A stretch of DNA of 41,375 bases, taken from IMG/VR virus record IMGVR_UViG_3300043393_000053, positions 1-41,375 of that record. One strand, given 5' to 3'. A program made the translations under genes and the position numbers. Under the pieces are notes generated by a model. That model saw nothing but the letters and a program-made list of their open reading frames with translations, made no database searches and had not been told where the DNA came from. Below, piece after piece: positions 7,134 to 12,691 of this stretch. Positions within the stretch are counted from its first letter, which is position 1; each line of letters starts with the position of its first letter. Source of the stretch: a virus (Duplodnaviria; Caudoviricetes).

Positions 7134-7222
7134 GCCCAACCCTTCGCTCAGCCGGACCTCGGGCAGCGTGGCGCTTTTCGCCATTCGCCAAAGCCTCGGC
7201 CCGGCTAGCTCAAACGTTGTGC
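7134..7222 (+). repeat. attC-like site 9 (89 bp)
   Basis: GCCCAAC-CCTTC-GCT(C)AGCCGG(A)CC...GGCCCGGCTAGC-TCAAAC-GTTGTGC. Confidence 0.88.
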
Positions 7223-7235
7223 AGCTTGCGACCTG

Positions 7236-7382
7236 TCAGCATCCCGCACCGATCAACTCGGCGGCGAGTTTGCGACAGGCATCCTCCCAATATGAGGCGC
7301 GGCCCGCGTTGATGCTGCCGGCCCGTGCCCGCTCCAGCCAAAACATGCACTGGTACGTCAGGTGGTGCGCCTTTTTGCTCAT
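7236..7382 (-). CDS. Cassette 10, gene 3: 48-aa hypothetical protein
   Basis: ATGA-coupled to the upstream gene; GGAG RBS. Confidence 0.55.
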   Translation of the reverse strand: MSKKAHHLTYQCMFWLERARAGSINAGRASYWEDACRKLAAELIGAGC

Positions 7383-7552
7383 GGTTGTGGCTCCTTGATC
7401 TTGAGGATCGCGGCCTCGACCGCCTCGGTGCCCACGCGCGCCACCTTGGCCGCAACCTCGGGGTACGTCCGCATTTGCAGCCGTGCCGTGCGCCGCAAAT
7501 CGGGCGGCAGCGCGGGCCGCCCCATCCGCTTGGTCGTTAGGACGGTAGCCAT
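7379..7552 (-). CDS. Cassette 10, gene 2: 57-aa putative DNA-binding protein (ribbon-helix-helix-like; not in ORF track)
   Basis: MATVLTTKRMGRPALPPDLRRTARLQMRTYPEVAAKVARVGTEAVEAAILKIKEPQP; GRP followed by a strand-helix-helix pattern; TGATG coupling. Confidence 0.65.
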   Translation of the reverse strand: MATVLTTKRMGRPALPPDLRRTARLQMRTYPEVAAKVARVGTEAVEAAILKIKEPQP

Positions 7553-7737
7553 CACTCGGTTTCCACGACCTCAAAAGAGCCAATCGGCCCCATATCGCCG
7601 TCCGCAAAGAGTTCGGCCTCTTCGCGGCTCTGAAACGTGCAAGCCAACTCTGTGTCTGTCCAGCAGCGGTCCCCGGCCGGACTGGCAAACCAGAATCCAT
7701 TGTCTTCGGCCGACTTGATTTGGTACTTAGCGCTCAT
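7552..7737 (-). CDS. Cassette 10, gene 1: 61-aa acidic protein
   Basis: AGGAG RBS downstream of the internal promoter. Confidence 0.7.
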   Translation of the reverse strand: MSAKYQIKSAEDNGFWFASPAGDRCWTDTELACTFQSREEAELFADGDMGPIGSFEVVETE

Positions 7738-7781
7738 CTTGCTCTCCTGTTGCGGGCCGCACCTTGCTGCCCATGAGCATT

Positions 7782-7830
7782 AATGTACTCCGCAAATGTC
7801 GGTGCGTCAAACAGTTTATGTACTCCGCAA
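7782..7830 (-). promoter_or_regulatory. Sigma70-like promoter inside cassette 10 with a 13-bp direct repeat
   Basis: TTGACG-17-TACATT on the minus strand (7810-7782); ATGTACTCCGCAA at 7783-7795 and 7818-7830. Confidence 0.7.
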
Positions 7831-7859
7831 TTGTAAAGTTCAGCGTTTCGGAACCGGCT

Positions 7860-7917
7860 GCACAACTGGTTTATCGAGCGGACCGCTTTCAGCGGTCCGC
7901 TCATTGCCAATTTAGGC
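7860..7917 (+). repeat. attC-like site 10 (58 bp), crossover G replaced by T
   Basis: GCACAAC-TGGTT-TAT(C)GAGCGGACCGCT TTC AGCGGTCCGCTCATT-GCCAA-TTTAGGC. Confidence 0.88.
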
Positions 7918-7927
7918 CTCCAGAAAC

Positions 7928-8065
7928 TCACTTTTTGTTGCTGCCCGGGCGTTTGTAGCCCGTCGCATCACGGTGGCAATCCGCGATTTTCGGCTGTGAA
8001 ATCATGCGCGAATAGTCTGCGCGGCGGCGCTCCAAATTGCGCGCCAGTTTTTTGCTTCTCTTCAT
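7928..8065 (-). CDS. Cassette 11: 45-aa basic protein
   Basis: GAGG RBS; MKRSKKLARNLERRR... Confidence 0.6.
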   Translation of the reverse strand: MKRSKKLARNLERRRADYSRMISQPKIADCHRDATGYKRPGSNKK

Positions 8066-8089
8066 TTGCTTTCCTCTCTGTTCACCAAG

Positions 8090-8190
8090 GCCTAACCATT
8101 CGGTCGAGGCGAAATCCCACGGCAAGCGGCCGTGTTGCGCTTCGGTAAGGCCGCGCCGCCGTGGGCTTCGCCTCACCTCAAACGTTAGGG
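8090..8190 (+). repeat. attC-like site 11 (101 bp)
   Basis: GCCTAAC-CATTC-GGT(C)GAGGCGAA...CCCACGGC/GCCGTGGG...TTCGCCTCACC-TCAAAC-GTTAGGG. Confidence 0.9.
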
Positions 8191-8403
8191 CTCTTTCACG
8201 CATGCCATCGCTGCGTCGTATCGCGCCAGGTCGGCCTGCATCTGCGCCTTCGCAATCTTGATGATTTGCGAACTCGCTTTGTAGTAGTTCTTACTTGGTC
8301 CGCTCAGCAGTCCGCTTTCCAGCAGCGCGATCACGGCGCCCCAGGTGTTAAGGTTTGCGTTGGCAGTTGCGGCCTCTTTGGCTGCGGCTTCTTTGGTGCT
8401 CAT
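8185..8403 (-). CDS. Cassette 12 hypothetical helical protein
   Basis: 72-aa ORF, stop TAA in R' of attC11. Confidence 0.7.
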   Translation of the reverse strand: MSTKEAAAKEAATANANLNTWGAVIALLESGLLSGPSKNYYKASSQIIKIAKAQMQADLARYDAAMACVKEP

Positions 8404-8428
8404 ACATTCCCTCGGTTTTCAACCAGCG

Positions 8429-8529
8429 CCCTAACTCTTCGGTCGAGAGGACCCACCCCGGCGTCGCTGTTCGGTTCTTCTGTCATCGTTGTGCCCGCCG
8501 TGGCGGTCCTCTCACCTCAAACGTTCGGC
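8429..8529 (+). repeat. attC-like site 12 (101 bp)
   Basis: CCCTAAC-TCTTC-GGT(C)GAGAGGACC...GGTCCTCTCACC-TCAAAC-GTTCGGC. Confidence 0.9.
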
Positions 8530-8879
8530 CCCAATGCATCGCGCAAGCACTCCATGCGCTCTTGCATCATGCCGTCGTGTGCTTTCGGCAGCACGGTCCC
8601 GTCCCACGCCACCAGCGCACGCAGAGCGGCGTGGGGCAGATCGCGGCTGCGGAGGCTCTTGTATGCCCCGTCCAGCAGTTCGCGTAGGCGCTTGCACTCG
8701 GCCTCGGCATCCTGTTTCTGCTGCACCACATGCCCGAACGCTTCTTTCGCGCCTTCCTCGGCTAACTTGAGCGCCTCGATCTCGTCGCACAAAGCCGAGA
8801 CTTCGCGCATGCGAATCGCCGGCCACCCGTCAGGAGTGTGGTCAACCTCAAAGACGCGCATCTGCTGTACCAAATCCAT
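8517..8879 (-). CDS. Cassette 13 coiled-coil hypothetical protein
   Basis: GGAG RBS; ends PNV* using a stop supplied by attC12. Confidence 0.7.
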   Translation of the reverse strand: MDLVQQMRVFEVDHTPDGWPAIRMREVSALCDEIEALKLAEEGAKEAFGHVVQQKQDAEAECKRLRELLDGAYKSLRSRDLPHAALRALVAWDGTVLPKAHDGMMQERMECLRDALGPNV

Positions 8880-8898
8880 TCTGTCGCTCCGTGTTGAG

Positions 8899-8986
8899 GT
8901 CGAACCAGTTAATCGAGCGGACCGCCACCGGCAGTCAGCGTTTCGTGTCGGTTTGAGCAGCGGCCCGCTCATTGCCAACGTTAGGG
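8899..8986 (+). repeat. attC-like site 13 (88 bp)
   Basis: GTCGAAC-CAGTT-AAT(C)GAGCGG(A)CCGC...GCGGCCCGCTCATT-GCCAAC-GTTAGGG. Confidence 0.9.
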
Positions 8987-8999
8987 CGACACAAAATGC

Positions 9000-9497
9000 C
9001 TACGCGATCTGCACCCGAGCAATTGCCACCAGCCGAGGATCGGCCCGCGTCAAAACGTCGAGCAACAGGCGCTTCTCTTCGAGGTACATGACCGCGAACT
9101 TCGGGTCGTGCAGAACGATGCCGGCGGTGTTGCTTATGATGTCGGCGACTTTGATGGTTTGCACCCAGGCCCACGCCTTTGAAAGCCGTTCACGCGAAGC
9201 GGCCTTTCGCTCGGCGCGGTTGCCCGCCTCCATGTCGCTCAACTGCTCCACCGCATATGCCACGACGCCGCCAAACTTGGCTTCGAGCGTGTCCAGTGTC
9301 ACGACCTGATCTTCCGTGCAATCGTGTAGCCAGCACACTTGCGCCATCACGTCGTAACACAGTTGCTCGGGGCAGGCAGTCATGGCAATGCCAACCACTT
9401 CGGCCAGGTGGTCGGTATACGGGTTGCCCGTGTACTTGCGCCGCTAGTCCTTGTGCACCTCGCGGGCGAACATCATTGCTTCAAATGCATTCATCAT
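9000..9497 (-). pseudogene. Cassette 14: HD-domain protein (RelA/SpoT hydrolase, Mesh1-like) with an in-frame TAG
   Basis: FAREVHKD*RRKYTGNPYTDH...WLHDCTED...IKVADIISN; amber codon at 9444-9446 where the family has Q. Confidence 0.8.
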
Positions 9498-9517
9498 TTA
9501 GGTTCTCCACCAGTGCG

Positions 9518-9537
9518 CCCTAACCCTTCCATCGAGG
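9518..9537 (+). repeat. Truncated attC-like site 14 (R'' and L'' only)
   Basis: CCCTAAC-CCTTC-CATCGAG matches the start of sites 2, 3 and 5; no correctly spaced L'/R' follows. Confidence 0.7.
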
Positions 9538-9611
9538 TCAGGACGCCCAACTGCGTGCCGCTTTCGTTCATTGGATTTGCAGCGATTTGTGCTGTTCAAT
9601 GTGGGTACGGC

Positions 9612-10490
9612 TCATGGCTCAACCGGCGTTGCTTGCGGAGCGCTCATAGCGGCCATTGCTGCATCGCGCTTTGCAATTTCATCGGCGGTTTTCTTGAGCG
9701 ATGTTCGGAGAGCGCTGTGCGGCTTCAGGATCGACCAGAGGGCGAGCTTTTCATCGTTGTCCTCTAAACTTGCCTCCTCAAACGCACCGACATCGTCACC
9801 CTCGTTGAACTTTTGCAAAGCAGCACGCGCCGCATTCCGAACAACTATTGCTCGTGCGGGCGTCAGGCCAAAATTCTTCGGCTGATTCAACGGGTCATGG
9901 TCATCAATGTCGTTGATCGCCTTGCCTTCCATCTCTTCGGCGGTGTATTGAGCTGCGATTTCCGGGAATGCACTGCGCAGGGCCTGGGCAGACGCGCACT
10001 TTGCAATCTGGCCTTTTGGGCGCTTTGTCCACATCGCATTGGGAGCGATAGACTTCTCTTTCCCACCCTTCACAGCGTAGTTCTCAGTCCAATATTCTTT
10101 GGCCGTGAAGTCGCAGATTTCACCAGATGCGAGCCGGCGCTTTGCAGTGACGCGGCACCACTCGGGATAGGTGATTTCCTGCCCGCCGATAACCGTAACC
10201 ACGTCGGGACCGAACTCGGGTTCCGTGATCCCGGCGAACTGTTGCGAGCGCGACGCCTGGATGCGGTACAGGTTGATGCCTGGCATGATGACATCGCGCA
10301 TCGATCCTGAATTGCGGTCCCACATGGGCACGATGTGCACCGGCTTTTGCATCGGGTCAAGCCCGGCTGCGCGGCAGTACTCAATCACCAAGCCGATGGA
10401 TTGCAGCGATGCGCCGGGGTACAGCGATGTTTGAAGTACGGCCAGCATGGTTTCGTTGTTCGGCTGGAGTTGATGCACTACGGCGTTCAT
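9612..10490 (-). CDS. bet: Bet/RecT-family single-strand annealing recombinase
   Basis: GLDPMQKPVHIVPM...PGINLYRIQA...EPEFGP...MWTKRPKGQIAKCASAQALRSAFPE. Confidence 0.88.
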   Translation of the reverse strand: MNAVVHQLQPNNETMLAVLQTSLYPGASLQSIGLVIEYCRAAGLDPMQKPVHIVPMWDRNSGSMRDVIMPGINLYRIQASRSQQFAGITEPEFGPDVVTVIGGQEITYPEWCRVTAKRRLASGEICDFTAKEYWTENYAVKGGKEKSIAPNAMWTKRPKGQIAKCASAQALRSAFPEIAAQYTAEEMEGKAINDIDDHDPLNQPKNFGLTPARAIVVRNAARAALQKFNEGDDVGAFEEASLEDNDEKLALWSILKPHSALRTSLKKTADEIAKRDAAMAAMSAPQATPVEP

Positions 10491-10504
10491 AGGTTTCCTT
10501 TAGG

Positions 10505-10870
10505 CAAAGATTCAGCAGGGTGACAGGTGGTCTGCCACTTTCTCCACACGGGCAGCGCTTCTGTCTGCTCCGTGCCAAGTTCCTTTGAGGGGTGCTTCAT
10601 CGCTTTCCTGCTGCTCAGTCACATTCAGGAATTCAGCTTGTTCCGGTCGAACACCATCGCCGGGGCGGCTTGCTTCGCTGGGTGAGCGACAGCCGGTGTT
10701 TGCTTCGGTGCGCCCATGCAGGCACTTGACTCGTTCACCACAGCCCGACCGAAGGCTAGAACGCAAAAAGCCCCTTGCGGCTGCGTTCTGTTGTGGTGTC
10801 AACATGCCTTCCGGCGTGAACGCATGAGCAAGGGGCCTCATGACATTACCAACTGACACCACAGTGGATA
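10505..10870 (-). ncRNA. Candidate structured RNA/leader upstream of bet (c4-antisense-like 5' part)
   Basis: About 380 nt without a credible ORF; long hairpin 10770-10836 followed by U5; 10-nt complement pair 10792-10801/10854-10863; further stems. Confidence 0.45.
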
Positions 10871-10876
10871 CAAGAA

Positions 10877-11071
10877 TCATACCGCAATACCTCTTTGTTG
10901 CAAGGCTTTTTTGAGATCGGCAGTGCGCACAATGTGCGTCTTCAGTCCACGTTTCAAATTTAGGCGAGCAATGTTTTTTGCTTCGGCTTTCAGCATTGAC
11001 AAAGGGCCTGCGACCCATGCGCCGCTTGGCTGTTGCACAAGCACGATGTACCGTGTTCGCGGTTCGTTCAT
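10877..11071 (-). CDS. Hypothetical protein
   Basis: Abuts the upstream gene in the leftward operon. Confidence 0.55.
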   Translation of the reverse strand: MNEPRTRYIVLVQQPSGAWVAGPLSMLKAEAKNIARLNLKRGLKTHIVRTADLKKALQQRGIAV

Positions 11072-11341
11072 TCAGCAATCTTTAGCACAAACGCCATTGA
11101 ACAGCGAAAGGCTCGGCATCTTCTCGTCACCTGCCCAGCCCTTGTTTGCATGCGCCACACCGTCGCAAAACGCTTCGAGTTGCAAAGCTGCGGCAGAGTC
11201 AATCAAGTGTGCGCGGAGTTCGTCTCGGCTTTGCAGGTACGGGGCAACGCCCATGGAATGTGCTGTGGCAGCATCTTTTGCCAACTTGTCAGCAAAGGCC
11301 ATCGTCATGTGGACAAACTCGTCAGCAGTGATTTTGCTCAT
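11072..11341 (-). CDS. Hypothetical protein
   Basis: ATGA-coupled; GGAG RBS. Confidence 0.6.
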   Translation of the reverse strand: MSKITADEFVHMTMAFADKLAKDAATAHSMGVAPYLQSRDELRAHLIDSAAALQLEAFCDGVAHANKGWAGDEKMPSLSLFNGVCAKDC

Positions 11342-11499
11342 GCCAGCCACTCCCAGATTTTCGGAGCCCATAGAAGGCCCATGAACATGCCAACCGACAC
11401 GCCCCAGCACAGCCCATCAACAAATCGATCGGAAGACCGTACAGGCCCCTCCATGGGGATTGCGTAGTCGGCGCCTGTTTCGAGGAATGAGCCTTTCAT
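11338..11499 (-). CDS. Small membrane protein
   Basis: C-terminal TM helix; ATGA-coupled. Confidence 0.6.
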   Translation of the reverse strand: MKGSFLETGADYAIPMEGPVRSSDRFVDGLCWGVSVGMFMGLLWAPKIWEWLA

Positions 11500-11651
11500 T
11501 CGAGCACCATCGTGATAACAGCAGCCCAGAAGGCGACGCCAGCCAGGGTGACGAACCAAAACACCAGGTTGTCGATTGGTGTTGCAGAGCGCATATCGGC
11601 TGGGCAGTCGCGGCCTTGCCGGCATTCCCCATGACACGGAGGGCAGCTCAT
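11496..11651 (-). CDS. Small membrane protein with CPPCHGECRQGRDCP motif (not in ORF track)
   Basis: Cys cluster common in proteobacterial phage early genes plus a TM helix. Confidence 0.65.
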   Translation of the reverse strand: MSCPPCHGECRQGRDCPADMRSATPIDNLVFWFVTLAGVAFWAAVITMVLE

Positions 11652-11652
11652 T

Positions 11653-11817
11653 TCAGTGCCCATCACGCATCACCTCCGGGGGAAAGTCGGGGCCATCGTC
11701 GCGCTCACGCTCAATCGGTTCATCTTCGATGATGCGAATCGAAACCTGCTTTGCAATGGCTCGAAACTCCGGGTCAAGGTTTGGGTCTTCGGCGAGCATT
11801 TCCCAAAAGCTGACCAT
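11653..11817 (-). CDS. 54-aa acidic hypothetical protein (not in ORF track)
   Basis: MVSFWEMLAEDPNLDPEFRAIAK...; TGATG coupling. Confidence 0.55.
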   Translation of the reverse strand: MVSFWEMLAEDPNLDPEFRAIAKQVSIRIIEDEPIERERDDGPDFPPEVMRDGH

Positions 11818-12062
11818 CACAGCCCCCCGAAATCTGTCATTGCGGCGCCAGTGAATCGCCGTGACCGGTGCGAGCCATGGGCGCGGGCCAACAGCGTTTT
11901 GGCTGCATCAACTTGACGCTGGCCGAAATTGGCGGCGTTCTCGCGATCGGCGACTTGCTGCGCCAGGTGTTCGGCATGGCGGGCACGGCTCAGCGCAAGC
12001 ATGTCGCGGTTTGCCTGTTGAATTTCATGAAGTTGCGAAGGCGTGAGGCTGGTGTAATTCAC
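11817..12062 (-). CDS. First gene of the leftward early operon, hypothetical
   Basis: GGAG RBS, GTG start downstream of the PL-like promoter. Confidence 0.65.
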   Translation of the reverse strand: MNYTSLTPSQLHEIQQANRDMLALSRARHAEHLAQQVADRENAANFGQRQVDAAKTLLARAHGSHRSRRFTGAAMTDFGGL

Positions 12063-12102
12063 TTTAGCTCCAGGGCGCCGAGACGTTCAGCGCATGGAAG
12101 GA

Positions 12103-12131
12103 ACTATAGGCATTGCCGATTGCATTGTCAA
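12103..12131 (-). promoter_or_regulatory. PL-like sigma70 promoter
   Basis: TTGACA-17-TATAGT. Confidence 0.85.
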
Positions 12132-12208
12132 CGGCATTGCCTATTATATTTTCGACTGGCAGCACAAATAATTAGCAGTGCGCTTGCGGTAAGCATCGGC
12201 AATGCCTA
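12107..12208. promoter_or_regulatory. Three 13-bp palindromic operators
   Basis: TAGGCATTGCCGA (12107-12119), ACGGCATTGCCTA (12131-12143), TCGGCAATGCCTA (12196-12208), overlapping both promoters. Confidence 0.85.
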
Positions 12209-12212
12209 TCAT
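12184..12212 (+). promoter_or_regulatory. PR-like sigma70 promoter (probably a leaderless cro mRNA)
   Basis: TTGCGG-17-TATCAT with ATG 7 nt downstream. Confidence 0.7.
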
Positions 12213-12219
12213 GTCGAGT

Positions 12220-12477
12220 ATGAACCCGATCACTACCGCGGCATCGATCCTTGGCAGCCAGGAATTGCTGGCGCGCTGCCTGGGAGTCAAGCAGCCAACC
12301 ATCAGCGAGTGGGCGCGCCAAGAGCGCCCGATCCCAATTGAGCGGTGCGTCGACATTGAGCGAGCGACCGGGAGGAAGGTCATGCGCTGGCACTTGCGTC
12401 CCAATGACTGGCATCGCATCTGGCCGGAGCTGGTCGGCACCGAAGATGCTCCGAAGGTCGAAGAGAAGGCGGTGTGA
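12220..12477 (+). CDS. cro: Cro/YdaS-like HTH regulator
   Basis: GSQELLARCLGVKQPTISEW...IERATG..V....LRP.DW..IWPEL. Confidence 0.85.
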   Translation: MNPITTAASILGSQELLARCLGVKQPTISEWARQERPIPIERCVDIERATGRKVMRWHLRPNDWHRIWPELVGTEDAPKVEEKAV

Positions 12478-12478
12478 C

Positions 12479-12691
12479 GTGCCCCAACTCACAGCGCCCC
12501 GATACAAGCAGCGCCGGCTGCAACGCGAGCGCGAAGCCTTCCGCGCAACAGCCGAGTACGCCGCGCTGCGTGTGAGGTTTGCCGAGACGTTGGTGCGTGC
12601 CATGCCGTCGAGCATCGCCGCCGCTTGGCCCGATTCCTACCCCCAAGGGGGCGAGTGCGCCCCCCATGAATCGCAGGGGGTGGCGGCTTGA
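12479..12691 (+). CDS. Hypothetical protein
   Basis: Fills the gap between cro and the next gene. Confidence 0.5.
   Translation: MPQLTAPRYKQRRLQREREAFRATAEYAALRVRFAETLVRAMPSSIAAAWPDSYPQGGECAPHESQGVAA

Larger units (their letters stand above)
2409..9533 (+). mobile_element. Integron-like gene-cassette array (14 cassettes, attC sites, no integrase; CALIN-like) with genes on the minus strand
   Basis: 13 full-length and 1 partial attC-like sites in the same orientation separating 1-3 short ORFs each; each R'' box complements the previous crossover site. Confidence 0.92.

Noticed and set aside
2893-8986. Repeats as a CRISPR array, REP elements or intrinsic terminators
   Set aside because: Lengths vary from 54 to 120 bp, spacers are whole genes, there are no U-tracts, and R''/R' pairing spans each cassette
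9444-9446. Genome-wide TAG recoding
   Set aside because: Only one internal TAG was seen; terL (19703) and the large ejection gene (37481) end normally at TAG and long genes are uninterrupted
9611-9633. CTCATG...GTT as the missing right half of attC14
   Set aside because: Spacer is 11 nt rather than about 6 and the intervening stem does not pair; it lies in the bet stop region
10512-11078. 188-aa minus-strand ORF
   Set aside because: Overlaps a better 64-aa gene, crosses a terminator-like hairpin and has no protein-like features
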